A stretch of DNA of 64,000 nucleotides. Source: Octopus vulgaris (lineage: Eukaryota). The stretch is from positions 45,322,001 through 45,386,000 of the forward strand of contig OX597837.1 in assembly GCA_951406725.2 (NCBI GenBank), written 5' to 3'. The number at the start of each line of letters is the position of its first letter. Position 1 is the stretch's first letter. Below are positions 26,202-40,108 of this stretch, in pieces. Both the position numbers and the translations under genes were made by a program. The notes under the pieces were generated by a model. It worked only from the letters and a program-made list of their open reading frames with translations. It had not been told where the DNA came from and searched no databases.

Positions 26202-26760
26202 GGATAGATAGATATTAAGTACAGGACATACAATACAAGGAAAATTCCCCTTCTTCAGTCGCCTTTGTTTCATCTACTCCGCGTTTCGAAGGTCAAGGTG
26301 AGACACGACTTTAATGAAACATTCCTTCCCGCGAAAAGCAAATTAAATAAAATTTGAGACTTTTTTGCGGAGGAGTAAAAATGGTAACAAAAACAGGACA
26401 GTAAAGACAGTACAAAATATAAACAGTAAAGGACAGGACAAGGCGAATAACAGTAACACAAACATTGAGAGCTGTTAAGCCAGAACGAAAGAAAAAATAT
26501 TATGAAAGCTTTTGAGGACGGCAAGAGAGAGACAGGAAAGCCAGATAGATAGATGGATGTGGCAGGAGAATGTGTCTTTGTGTCCGCGTTTGTTCTCCCC
26601 TGCTGCCTGGAAATTGGTATTGGTGTGTTTGCGTCCGTGCAACTTAGGAGGTCAGCCGATCAATACAATAAGTACTGCGGTCGATTCGTTCGAAAAAAAT
26701 TCGTCAAGGTGGTGCCCCAGTATGGCCGCAGCCTTATGACTAAATCAAACAAAAGATAAA
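25829..26760 (+). mobile_element. SINE family A split by an expanded microsatellite and a nested ~300-bp insert
   Basis: Head at 25829-25992 and tail at 26575-26760, with (TATG)n, (TAGA)n and non-SINE sequence (26220-26530) between. Confidence 0.65.
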
Positions 26761-27394
26761 CGATAAATTAAGTGTTAGTATTTATGATGCCAAAGTTTCG
26801 AGCTGAAAGAATAGTTACCAGTTGGATAAATGCTTTGCGATATTTCTGCCTATTCTAAGTCTTGAGATCGACCTTGCTTTTCATTCTTTGGGGATCGATA
26901 AAATAAGAATGGGTTCAGCACTGGGACCGGTTTAATAGTTTTCCCCCTTCACTCAAAATTACTGGCTTTGTGCCAAAATTCGAAAGAAAAAATGATTATG
27001 ATACGAGCAATGAGACAAAACATCATGGCAACTAGCCTAGAAATAGATAACAGGACAAAATGCTTAGCTAAGCATGACGTGCAGATCACGCTCCAGGACC
27101 AAACATATATTGTTTCAGAGCAAACTTCAAGTGCACACAAATAAGTCTTTCGAACCGTGAATGTGGTGAGGTCGCTTAGCACATTGTATCTTTAATAATA
27201 TCAACAATACAAGAAGGCATATTCATCAAAGCTAATCGAATAAAAATATCACCGGAGGTGGTTGAATGTATAACGTTACTAAGTAAATACAAATCGATAT
27301 TGTTGAGTTCTTTCAATTCATTTCCAAACATCTTCCTTTTCGAAGAAGAGGAATTTGGCAAGAAACACTGCAACATCTTTATCAATACAGGAGG

Positions 27395-27889
27395 GTTAAT
27401 ATTCTGTGCAGCTAATATTCAGTACAGATGAAATGAAATGATGGATAGCTAATATTCTGTAACGGCTAAAATTCTGTACAGATAAGATGTTTTTGTAGCT
27501 TAATATCTACACCGTAAAATCGACAAAGGGAGTACAATGGAGAGTAAGGCGTGGAGAGTGGAAGTTCACTGTCCTATTTTTATAGATTTTTGTAAATAAT
27601 GCAAATTTCGCCGACGCAAAACAACACCGGCTTCTTTACCAGACTTGTTTGATCGTAAATTTCTAAATAGTTACGATTCTGTGAAGATAATTTCTGTACG
27701 ACGGACATTCAGTACGTTTAAGATTCTGTTGAGGCACGGCTTAGCATTTAAGAATCTCGCTTTACAACCCCGTGGTCTCAGGTTCAGTCTGACTGCATAG
27801 CACATCGGGAAAGTATCTTTTATAACGGACCCGGACCGACCATTACCTTGCAAGTTAATTTGGTACACGGAAACTGCATGGAAGCCTGT

Positions 27890-27964
<75 letters not shown>

Positions 27965-29275
27965 GTGTGTGCGTGAGTGTGTGTATATGTGTATGTGTGG
28001 GAGAGAGAGAGAGAGAGGGAGAGTGTGTCTACGAATGTGTGTGTCTGTGCATTTGTTTGTCTCCTCCACCGTTTGAAAAACCGATGTTGGTTTGTTTACG
28101 TCCCCGTAACTAAGCGGTTCGACCAAATAGACAGATAGAATAAGTACCAGACTTCATAGATTAGTCCCTGGATCGATTTTCTTTCCATTAACCACTTTAA
28201 GACGGTGCCTCCAGCTTGGCCACAGTTCAATAACTAAAACAAGTAAAAGAGAAATCTCTATAGGTAAAATTTTCAGCACAATATATCAGAACAGATATGA
28301 TGATGTACGGTTAAGACAGTGTACGGATAGGATTCCGTACAGTTAATATTCTGCGCTGTTAATATTCAGTCCTGTTAAATATTCTCCGCAGATAAAATTC
28401 TGTACAGATAACGCTCTCAACAGGCATGAGACGTCTGGCACAGCCGGTTTGGCGCCAACTATTTGGCGTCACTGATTCGATGCTGACTTATTTGACATCA
28501 AGAGTCTTAATGCTTCTCATGTTCTCTCCCTTCCTCTTTCTTCCTCTCCTTCTCTTTCTGTTTGTTTATATAAAGATATTTCTCTTTACGTGTATGAGGA
28601 GAGGGGAAATGTTTGTGTCACGTGTGTTCACTTAAATAAATTGTAATGTCACTTTCTCCCACTATCTCCCACTCTTTCTGTTTGTATGGGTATATTTCTG
28701 AGCTCGAGTACGTGTATGTGTGTATGTGTATTCGCCCGCCCGCGCGTGTGTGGGTGTGGTGTGTGTTCGTGTGTGCGTGTGCTCGTGTGTTTGTGGTATC
28801 TGTATTCGTGTGTGTGTGTATTTGATTAAAATAGCATAATCTCCAAAAGAACGAACGAACTTTTTCTGTCTGCATGTATTTATTTCTGCACACGCGTGCG
28901 TGTATATGTGTATGTGTATTCGTGCGTGTGTGTACGTGGTGTGTGTGCGTATGCATACTCATGTGTATGTGTATGTGTGTGTGTGTTCGTCCGTGTGTGC
29001 GTGTATTTGACTCAAGTACTAAACAGCCCTGTCTCCAAACGAGGCTCAATGTCCATTCAGCCGTGCCAGATCGTCTGCATTCAAACAACGACGCTTAATC
29101 ATCTCATCCCGTTTCGTCTCGTTAACCTTCTAAGTTAAAGATATGATTCTGTACCAACCAAATTTCTCCACAGCTAAGAACCAGTAGAGCCATATTCTTC
29201 GCAGCTAACATTCTCCACATATATAATTGTGTACATTTATACTTCCGAACAGATAAGATTCTGCACAATTATATT
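27395..29275. repeat. Three patches (27395-27515, 28255-28410, 29140-29275) of a degenerate ~15-bp minisatellite TAATATTCTGTACAG
   Basis: Recurrent aatattctgtgcag, aaaattctgtacag and gattccgtacag units. Confidence 0.6.
27731..28252 (+). mobile_element. SINE family A, diverged
   Basis: Head, internal (TA)n and tail are recognisable. Confidence 0.75.
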
Positions 29276-29777
29276 CAATCAAAATACATTACATATGACA
29301 CATTGACGGACATCTTCCGTTAAAGATATAATAATCTAAATACTTTCAATTCAACAAGCTTCGTACATGTCTTCATACACTGCTGTTTCTAGGAAACGGC
29401 AGTAATATTTTTATTGCGACAGATTGTGTTATTACGACAATGCTTTGCTACTTTCTGTCATTCTAGTTTACGATATTCCCCTTCCATTATTTTTTTGTTT
29501 TATTCTAGATTTCAACATTTCGTTTGATGATCTACCAATCCAAATACATTGGTTACAAAACGTTTAACGTGTCTGATTTATTGACCATATGCACAAGATG
29601 AAACGGCCTTTTATTTTATTTCTATTGATTTATACGCCATCTTTGATTATTTTAGTCATTTGCTTCGTACATAAAAGACATAGTAACACATTATAGGTGC
29701 ACCACACGCACAAACACTCACATATATACACGACAGCACACACACATACAAACACACGTACACACACATATATGTAC

Positions 29778-29841
<64 letters not shown>

Positions 29842-29875
29842 GTATACATATATACATACATACATATATATATAC

Positions 29876-29930
<55 letters not shown>

Positions 29931-30086
29931 TACATATATATCATATATATGTTGTGTACGGACACAAACATACACCTGCACAAACATATATAAATATAAT
30001 GCGCATATCTCTTGTGATATCCTCACTTCTTAGTCGTATGATAAAGGATACCTACATTATTATCATTATCATCATTATTGCTATTG

Positions 30087-30149
<63 letters not shown>

Positions 30150-30167
30150 ATGCTACTACTATTGTTA

Positions 30168-30355
30168 AGCTGGCAGAATCGTTAGCACGTTGAGCGAAGT
30201 GCTCAGCGGTATTTCGTCTGCAGCTATGTTCTGAGTTCAAATTCCGCTGAGGTCGATTTTTCCATTCATCCTTTCGGGGTTCATGAAATAAGTACCAATG
30301 TAATCGATTAGCCCCCTCTCCCCAAATTTCAACCTTGTGCCTTTACTAGAAAGGA
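30168..30355 (+). mobile_element. SINE family B, monomer
   Basis: gctggcagaatcgttagcacg...ttctgagttcaaattccgctgaggtcga...catcctttcgggg. Confidence 0.85.
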
Positions 30356-30374
30356 TTAGTATGATTATTATCAT

Positions 30375-30775
30375 TTATTGCCTTAGTGCAGCTTCAAACA
30401 GTGATGTACTACAGTGTCAGCTGTTCACTACCAGTGAACTAAGGTAACACCTCTTACTTTTGGAACATCATCCAGAGTATTCGAGCGGTTTCAAGCAGTG
30501 TAAGTGCTCCACCCTTATTGCAGCCCCTATTTGTTCCATGTACTTCTCAAAATTTTTGCTCAGAGTTCCCAGGGCTCCGACAATTATTGGTATAACTACC
30601 ACCTTTTTCATCGACCAGAACTGCTTAACCTCCCAAGCTAACCTTGCATATCTATCGACTTTCCTTTCGTTCTTATCGAATATTTTGTCAGCTGGGCATG
30701 CTATATCGATGATCCAGCACCGCTTGCTTTCTTTCTCAATTAACATTATGTTTGGCTTCCTATTCTCTATCTCTA
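30375..30775 (-). mobile_element. R4/Dong-clade non-LTR retrotransposon, 5'-truncated (restriction-like endonuclease plus 3' UTR)
   Basis: NRKPNIMLIEKESKRCWIIDIACP...RKVDRYARLAWEVKQFWSMKKVVVIPIIVGALG is the RLE signature; the element ends in a TAA-like repeat. Confidence 0.88.
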
Positions 30776-31058
30776 TATATGACAACCGGTGTTGATGTGA
30801 TTACGTCCCCGTAACTTGGCGGGTCCGCGAAAGAGACTGATAGAATAAATACCAGGCTTGAAATTAAAAAAATTAATTATTGGGGTCGATTTATTCGACA
30901 AAATAGTTTTCAATGCGGTGCCCCTGAATGGCCGCAGTCTAATAACTGAAAACAAGTACAATGTAAAAGATATGTATATATATGTACGCGTATATGAATA
31001 TATATATATATAAACATACATGCACCCACACACACACACAAGCACACACACACACACG

Positions 31059-31110
<52 letters not shown>

Positions 31111-31198
31111 CACAGAGGTAGACAGACATGATATTATCAGTCGAGATGATGGCAAGATACGAATACTTAACAGACACTTTCATATATTTTATACATAC

Positions 31199-31253
<55 letters not shown>

Positions 31254-31256
31254 TTT

Positions 31257-31299
<43 letters not shown>

Positions 31300-31312
31300 A
31301 TACATACATATT

Positions 31313-31348
<36 letters not shown>

Positions 31349-31358
31349 GTAAATGCAA

Positions 31359-31390
<32 letters not shown>

Positions 31391-31899
31391 CAGTGTGAGA
31401 GTGTGTGTGTGTGTGTGTATGCATTATTCGTTGCCTAAGCCTGAATCCGTATCAATATACATGTGATCATTTATTTATTATTTGTCTTTGTGAAAAAAAG
31501 TCAAGAACATCAAAGCTGATTTGTTGAAAGCCAAATGAAGCTGTACGACGGAAGAGTCTGAAAGTTTTACGAAACAAAAAAACAACAGATCGGCTATGGA
31601 GTCTATCCACTTCGACGTCTCGCCGTTTACGACCTCAGGACTTAGACATACAACAAACGTGTATTTTTTTAGTTTAATGGCAGAATCTTCTGTTATGTCT
31701 TATGCATTATCGGGTTTATGTTATCTTTCGAACATTTATTATTTATGTAATGATTCTTTGCAGTACAAATATTTATTTATTCTATTTCAAAGAGTACCTT
31801 TTGCTAAAGTGAGTAAAACGAGGAACGTAATCTATTGGTACTCTCGTTATATCTCTGAAATATTTATCCTTACACTACATATGTACATGTTAACAAACA

Positions 31900-32007
31900 A
31901 ACATACATACATACATACATACATACATACATGCATGCATGCATACATACATACATACATACATACATACATACATACATACATACATACATACATACAT
32001 ACATACA

Positions 32008-32039
<32 letters not shown>

Positions 32040-32322
32040 CATACATACATACATACATGCATGCATACATACATACATACATACATACATACACACATAC
32101 ATACATACATACATACATACATACATACATACATACATACATACATACATACACACACACATACATACATACACACACACACACACATACATACATACAT
32201 ACACACATACATACATACATACATACATACATACATACATACATACATACATACATACATACATACATACATACATACATACATACACACACACATGCAT
32301 ACATACATATATACATACATAT
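31900..32322. repeat. Long (CATA)n microsatellite
   Basis: Visible directly in the sequence. Confidence 0.95.
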
Positions 32323-32398
32323 ATATGCACTTTCTACATCAAATCGACGTTGTCTGAATAGGTGCACGGTGAACTACGCGTCAGGTACCGAAATGATA

Positions 32399-32447
<49 letters not shown>

Positions 32448-32748
32448 CATATTGGTGTTTGTTAATAATAATATGATAATTAGACTAATCAACTGAAATT
32501 AAGCATTTGCTCCTTTGTTTATTTACATACAGAAAGTCTTCGAATTTTCCAAAGAAATGGAACTAAATGAAGTGACATAAAATGAAATACATTATATATA
32601 ATAAACTGAAATAAAGTCGAGTATCTACGTATTTTCCATTTAAGAATTGTTCAGACAAACGACTAACATATAAGCAAAGTAAACTCTCCACTACAAAATA
32701 ATAAATAATAATACAAAATAATAATAAAATGATAATACAAATAATAAA

Positions 32749-32911
32749 GGCGCAGGATTGGCTGTGTGGTAAGTAGCTTGTTTACCAACCACATGGTTCC
32801 GGGTTCAGTCCCACTGCGCGGCACCTAAGGCAAGTGTCTTCTACTATAGCCTCGGGCCGACCAAAGCCTTGTGAGTGGATTTGGTAGACGGAAACTGAAA
32901 AGAAGCCCGTC

Positions 32912-32960
<49 letters not shown>

Positions 32961-33180
32961 TGTGTGTGTTTGTGTGTCTGTGTTTGTTCCTCTAGCATTG
33001 CTTGACAACCGGTGCTGGTGTGTTTATGTCCCCGTTACTTAGCGGTTCGGCAAAAGAGACCGATAGAATAAGTACTGGGCTTACAAAGAATAAGTCCCGG
33101 GGTCGAGTTGCTCGACTAAAGGCGGTGCTCCAGCATGGCGCAGTCAAATAACTGAAACAAGTAAAAGAGTAAAAGAGTAA
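32749..33180 (+). mobile_element. SINE family A, full length, well preserved
   Basis: ggcgcaggattggctgtgtggtaag (A box), gggttcagtccc (B box), internal (TA)n(TG)n and tail (gtaaaaga)n; both flanks carry aataatacaaa(a)taataaa. Confidence 0.93.
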
Positions 33181-33593
33181 AATAATAATACAAAATAATA
33201 AATAATAATAAATAATAATACAAAATATTAAAGACGACTATCTACGTATCTACCATTTAAGAATTGTTCAGACAAACGACTAACATATAAGCAAACTCTC
33301 CTCTGCAAAATAATACCAACTCATCTCCAAGTTAATAAACTTCTCAAGTCAAAGTTACATAAGTATAATATATATATATATATATATATAAGATTCGAGC
33401 TGGCGGCCATCTTTTTGAAGGTTCGCTAAACACTTGGCGAGCAACTAAAGGTGAACTTTCCGTTTTCCTCTCCGAAAATGTTTGCTTCGTTCAATCTGCT
33501 GGATAAATACATTTGACATAAGTGCATTTACTAAAAGACTGGTGCAATTGTTACAAAACCCAGAGCCATTTAGGCTATGCTTCACACAGGAAC

Positions 33594-33651
<58 letters not shown>

Positions 33652-33673
33652 ACATGCATATATACATACATAT

Positions 33674-33726
<53 letters not shown>

Positions 33727-33790
33727 GAGAAAGAGAAAGAGAAAAAGAGGGAGAGTGGATTTAGTAAAGGAAACTGAAACCAACCGCCGA

Positions 33791-33905
<115 letters not shown>

Positions 33906-34169
33906 CAGATAGATAGATATATAAATATGTATGTATGTGTCTTTATGTTTGTGTTTGCCCAACCCACCATCAATTCACAACCGATGTTGGTGTGATTATG
34001 TCCCAGTAGCCTAGCAGTTCGGCAAAAGATACCGATAAAATAAGTACTACGCTTGCCAAGAATGAGTCATGGGATCGCTTGTTTTGAATAAAAACCGTTT
34101 AAGGCACTGCACCAGCATGGCCGCAGTCAAATGACTGAAATGTGTAAAAGAAGGAAAGAATATAAATGT

Positions 34170-34415
<246 letters not shown>

Positions 34416-34538
34416 GAATTAAAATCACGAAGACAGAAAGCTTCTTAGAATGCGAAAAGAGAAAGTTAAGTAACCTTTATATTGTTCAAACACAAATGAC
34501 CATCGTCAGAAGTGAAAGTTTTAATGTAATACTCTTTC

Positions 34539-34573
<35 letters not shown>

Positions 34574-35001
34574 ATACACGAAAAATCGAAAACAAATAAA
34601 AGCAGGAAAGAGAGATGCGTGTTCACGGGATGCAGAGAAAAACACATTTGATTGCAAATATCTCTTCGTATAATGGAAAGAGTGTAGAGTAGCAGAAAAT
34701 TGGGGCTATTACAAGATGTTTAAATTCCGCAACATGCAAAAGGCGAATACATCTAAAGAAAATATTATAAACGGAGACACGAACATTCGAACTTCACACA
34801 CGTACTTACACAAAACTTATAATGTATCTATCTAGCTAACTAGCTACATATATGTGTGTGGGGGAGGGGTGCATAGAAGGTTGAAAAGTGTATCAGGAAA
34901 ATACGACAAGGTAGAAAAGGCTAAAATAATTTTATCATGAAGAACATTTTAGTACTGGTTTCAGATATATATATATATATATGTATGTATGTATGTATGT
35001 A

Positions 35002-35210
35002 TTACGGAGATATACTTGCATAGCAAGTGATTTGATCTGAGATCGTGTGCTGAAACGAAAACAATTCCAGCGTGGAAGGTGTTTGTAAGCCATTTAAGAA
35101 ACACACAAAAGCCGTTCGATTCACTTCAACATTTAAGTTTAATTTGTCAAAATATTTTCGTCGCTTTAAGACCGCGACCTGTTCACTGACAAAAATCCAT
35201 GCTGCATCAT
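35002..35210 (-). mobile_element. Second copy of the G3-C8 hammerhead-bearing short element, within TA-rich repeats
   Basis: The reverse complement is near-identical to 10070-10260. Confidence 0.8.
35143..35193 (-). ncRNA. Type I hammerhead ribozyme, G3-C8 core variant
   Basis: rc: TTTGTCA-GTGAACA-G-GTCGC-(ggtcttaaa)-GCGAC-GAA-AATATT-T-TGACAAA; 7-bp stem I, 5-bp stem II and palindromic stem III. Confidence 0.7.
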
Positions 35211-35234
35211 ATATAAATAAATATATATATATAA

Positions 35235-35279
<45 letters not shown>

Positions 35280-35401
35280 AATAAAACATGTGACAATTAT
35301 TATGGATACCGAATAATTGTCACATATTACATTTACAGATAAATTCCTCTATTTACGTAATATCGAGGTCTCTTTCATTCTTTTGTTGTCTTACCTTTTT
35401 C

Positions 35402-35464
<63 letters not shown>

Positions 35465-36099
35465 ACAAAATGGGACAAGAACGCAAAACATCCAGACAGG
35501 TGATACAAGAAAGGGACAACAAAACATCCAGATAGACGATACAAAGAAAACAAGGACTGGTTATTTGAAGTTTTTTCCCTCGGTCGATTTCCAGATTATC
35601 TTTGCCATTTCGGCTGGTTATACTCGAGATTGCTCCAATTTGGCCAGCCCCAAGGAAAAAGTAAGCTAAGAGCATTAGATTCCTTGGAAGAAAGCAGCGA
35701 ATGTTTACGAAAACTGGACGAAAAAATCGGGGAAAGTTACACAAATACAAATAACAGGACATAACAACAGGTGTCTTTCGACTAAGGACGGATTAAGGTA
35801 AGCTGGCGTGTGTGGAAATAAAGCCTTACGGCAGAGATACCAGCTTTCACAGGCACAGTGAAGAATATAGATGTTGCAACGACAACACACGTACACATGC
35901 GACTATATGTCTTTGTTTGTGTGTGTGTGTGTGTGCGCGTGCGAGTACAGTAATAGCTTACTTTAAAGGTGTTATGGGTTTACGAGCTTTTATGAGTTTT
36001 ATTTTCTGTTTACGAGTTTTCGATTTTCAAGCGTTCTCCGAGGTCGAACTGACTCTTATATCGAGGCATTACTCTGTGTGTATATATATACATATATAT

Positions 36100-36130
<31 letters not shown>

Positions 36131-36652
36131 TATTTTTATATGTACATGCGTTATATATATATATAAATACATACATATAACGTACACCATATATATATAT
36201 ATGTTTATTTATATATGTATATACTATATGTTATATGTTATAAATCATATTTTATGTATGTGAGTGTATGTGGGTGTATGCGTGTGTGTGTGTGTGGTGT
36301 ACATCTGCTTTAGAATCAGTTATCTCATATCTAACAGTTTGATAACGATCTCTATGTATTGTGATTTATTTCTCTGTGTGTATGTGTGTTTGTATGTGTG
36401 TGTGCATATGTGTGTGATTAACGCTGTGTGTCATATTAAGGAATATATTATCAACAGTCATACAAACCATTTTTCATTCAACAAATAAAACATCTCGTTT
36501 GTACCGTGAGGCAACTGCGTATGTTTCTCTGTGCGCATGCGCGTGTGGTTGCGTGTGCGCATATGTGTATGTGTATGTGTACGTATATGTGATCGTCTGC
36601 TGTATGTGTATATATGTATATATGTGTATACAAATGTTTGTATATAATTATA

Positions 36653-36704
<52 letters not shown>

Positions 36705-37104
36705 ATTTACACATATATATGCATATATATGACGCACACGCATCCTCATTAACTCACTTCGCTCTCTCTATCTCTCTCTATCTCTCTCTTTTGCACACGT
36801 ACACACTGTGAGGGGGAGTTTAACGGGTGTATAATACAACATATTATACACACATATTTTTACAACTGAACATACGCACAATCACTAAGGTGATGCTCAC
36901 ACCTATGTATAGATAGACAGATAGGCAGATAGATAGATAAAAGATTATATAATATATATGTATCAATAAACATATATACATATATATATATATATAGATT
37001 CATATACATATGTCTGTATGTATGTGTGCATGTATGTATGTACATACGTATGTTTGTATACAGACATATCTATGAATCTTCACGTATGTACGTATGGTAT
37101 ATTC

Positions 37105-37176
<72 letters not shown>

Positions 37177-37458
37177 TATATACATACATATACACATACA
37201 CACCTATACATATGTAGATTATATAAATGTACGTGTATATACTATACGTATATATATACAGGTTCGTGTGTGTATGTATGTGGGTAGAGAGGGAGGTGAG
37301 AAAGAAGAGAGAGATGGGAGAGAGTGGGAGGTGGAAATAGACGCAAGAGAGCAACTTCTCTGAACATTATACGGTTCAGTGAAGAAAAGAACCGGCTAAA
37401 GATGGTGAGTTGCGATATGACACACACATAAATAATATCTCCGCTTTGAAACAAGACT

Positions 37459-38537
37459 TTGATATGAGAGAACGAAAGACAGAGAGAATCGCAGATAAAT
37501 AATTACATCACAGTTAGTTTATTGCCATATCATTAGGTTATGTGCCGTAACTGCCATCTGATGGTGGGTCCTTGGTTCGGGGGTTCGTGGGTTTTGGAAA
37601 GTGTGGAAAAAAAACCTCTCAGCTACTATTATTGCCAAGCCTACTCTGACTCGGTGTAGTTACACATGTCACGCTGTCCTCTAACGGTTAATTACCATAT
37701 TTTGGAATTCCCTCCAGGAAAATGTCACCCATAAACATACCCACAAACCCCGGGCAGATAAGGAGCTTAGGCTTTTTTATCTCTGCTCGTATAAAATAGA
37801 GCAAATCCCTATAAGTCCTCCCTCCTGATAAATGCTGGATCCCGGACAATTGTTGCACCAGATAAGACATTGATATGAGAGAACGAAAGACAGAGAATCG
37901 CAGATAAATAATTACATCACAGTTAGTTTATTGCCATATCATTAGATTATGTGCCGTAACTGCCATCTGATGGTGGGTCCTTGGTTCGGAGGTTCATGCG
38001 TTTTGGAAAGTGTGGAAAAAAAACTCTCAGCTACTATTATTGCCAAGCCGACTCTCACTCGGTGTAGTTACACATGTCATCGTGTCCTCTAACGGTTAAT
38101 TACCATATTTTGGAATTCCCTCCCGGAAAATGTCACCCATAAACATACCAACAAACCCATGGCAGATAAAGAGCTTAGGTTTTTTTTATCTCTGCTCGTC
38201 TAAAATAAAACAAATCCCCAGAAGCCCTCCTTTCTGATAACTGCTGGACCCCGAACACTTGTTGCACCAGATAAGACATTGATATGAGAGAACGAAAGAT
38301 AGAGTTTATTATATTGAGGTTGTAAGTGATTACAGGAATGGCCAATCAACGGTTAATTACCATATTTTGGAATTCCTCGAAAATGTCACCATAAACATAC
38401 AAACCCATTAAGAGCTTAGGTTTTTTATCTCTGCTCGTCTAAATGTGACCCCGAACACTTGTTGCACAGATAAGACATTGATAGGAAACGAAAGATAGAG
38501 TTTATTATATAGGTTGTAAGTGATTGGAATGGCCAAT
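37459..38537. repeat. ~410-bp tandem duplication plus a deletion-riddled partial third copy
   Basis: gatatgagagaacgaaaga occurs at 37461, 37872 and 38281; 38349-38537 repeats 38092-38346 with many gaps. Confidence 0.9.
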
Positions 38538-38680
38538 GTGTTTATGGCCTCAATTTTTTTAAGGCATTCAGCTTGGTTTTTTTAAAAGGCTCTTACTTTT
38601 CGGTAGCACTCCTTCCATACCTTTTCTTTCACTAGTGAGTGTTTAATCCCATCTCTTTCATATAGTCCTAGATACTTATA

Positions 38681-39070
38681 GACGCAGGAGTGGCTGTGTG
38701 GTAAGTAGCTTGTCTACCAGCCACATGGTTCCGGGTTCAGTCCCACTGCGTGGCACCTTGGGCAAGTGTCTTCTACTATAGGCTCGGGCCGACCAAAGCC
38801 TTGCGAATGGATTTGGTAGACGGAAACTGAAAGAAGCCCGTAGTATATATGTATATATATGTATGTGTTTGTGTGTCTGTGTTGTCCCCCTAGCATTGCT
38901 TGACAACCGATACTGGTGTGTTTATGTCCCCGTTACTTAGCGGTTCGGCAAAAGAGACCGATAGAATAAGTACTGGGCTTGCAAAAAAATAAGTCCCGGG
39001 GTCGAGTTGCTCGATTAAAGGCGGTGCTCCAGCATGGCCGCAGTCAAATGACTGAAACAAGTAAGAGAGT

Positions 39071-39071
<1 letters not shown>
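38681..39071 (+). mobile_element. SINE family A, full length
   Basis: Near-identical to 32749-33180. Confidence 0.93.
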
Positions 39072-39099
<28 letters not shown>

Positions 39100-39101
<2 letters not shown>

Positions 39102-39962
39102 TTATAATTGCCCTCAGGTCGTAATTCTTTTGTCTCAGTGTCTCCATCTAGAGTTATATTGCATGCGCTTCGTTGTCTTTTCTTGGTGAATGTAGCCTTG
39201 ACGCATTTCTCAAGCCCAAGTTCTATTTTCATGTCGTCACGAAATTATTTGACTCTTTGTAGAAGTGTGGGAGAGAAAATGGAGGAGGTCGTACAGAAAT
39301 GTATTCATATAATACAACACAAAACACAAAAATTTTAATTGATAGGATTTTTTTTTTTAAGGGATGTAAGCAGTAACTTACCAACACAATCTTTTGAAAT
39401 ATGGTTTTCCTGTGTTGTCTTAGATGTTTCTGACATCCCATTTTTATCATACCAAAGACACCTAAGATAATAGGAACAGTTTTTCCTTTAAGATGCCACA
39501 TCTTTTGCATTTCAGATCTCATCTCCGTATGTTTACTAAGTTTATCAAATTCCTTTACAGATATATTTTCATCAGTGAGAACACTTACATCTATCAGTCT
39601 ACAAATATTTTCTTCCCTATTTGGTCGATTAACCTGGATTGTTCAGTCAGTATTGACCAGAAAATTCCAAAGAATGCTAGCAGTTAGTTTTACCTTAAAC
39701 CCCTGGCTCAGGATGGTGTTCATACCAGTTAGCAGGAATGTCGATTTGACAGTGCTTACATATGTTCCAAAGTAAATACTGTCCAACCCTATCGCAGCGA
39801 TTTTTATACTCGTATGCTGTTAGTACAGAGCTGCCTGAAACAAGATGGCCTATTGTTTCATCAAATGTGTTGTAGAATCTACATTTTGGGTCAGCACCGC
39901 ATATAAGAACATTAGCTTGGTGATTTCTGGTAAACAAGCTTCGGTCTCGTGCTGCCAGTATG
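39100..39962 (-). mobile_element. R4/Dong-clade LINE fragments (zinc knuckle, RLE, 3' UTR and a separate RT piece)
   Basis: FILAARDRSLFTRNHQA...PKCRFYNTFDETIGHLVSG...WYEHHPEP; KMWHLKGKTVPIILGVFGMI; RT piece DDMKIELGLEKCVKATF at 39100-39245. Confidence 0.88.
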
Positions 39963-40108
39963 AAGCAGCGTAAGGAATGGCTTAGCCCCGGTAAACAAGC
40001 GACACGGTGCATGAAACAAGATCTTCATCCGCGTAAAACGATGCTGTGCGTATGGTGGGACTGGGAAGGGATTATCCATTAGGAATTGCTTGAACGGAAC
40101 CAAACGGT
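39960..40108 (+). mobile_element. Mariner transposase internal fragment
   Basis: Translates as KQRKEWLSPGKQAT..KQDLHPRKTMLCVWWDWEGIIH*ELLERNQT. Confidence 0.85.

Noticed and set aside
26231-26325. Hammerhead pieces on the minus strand (CGAAACGCGGAGTA and CTGAAGA plus a hairpin)
   Set aside because: The parts are in the wrong order: CTGAAGA and its stem are not followed by GAAA, and the GAAAC has no upstream core.
32621-33315. ~80-bp direct repeat around a SINE, read as a giant TSD
   Set aside because: The SINE has its own short TSD-like flanks, so the 80-bp repeat looks like an older tandem duplication.
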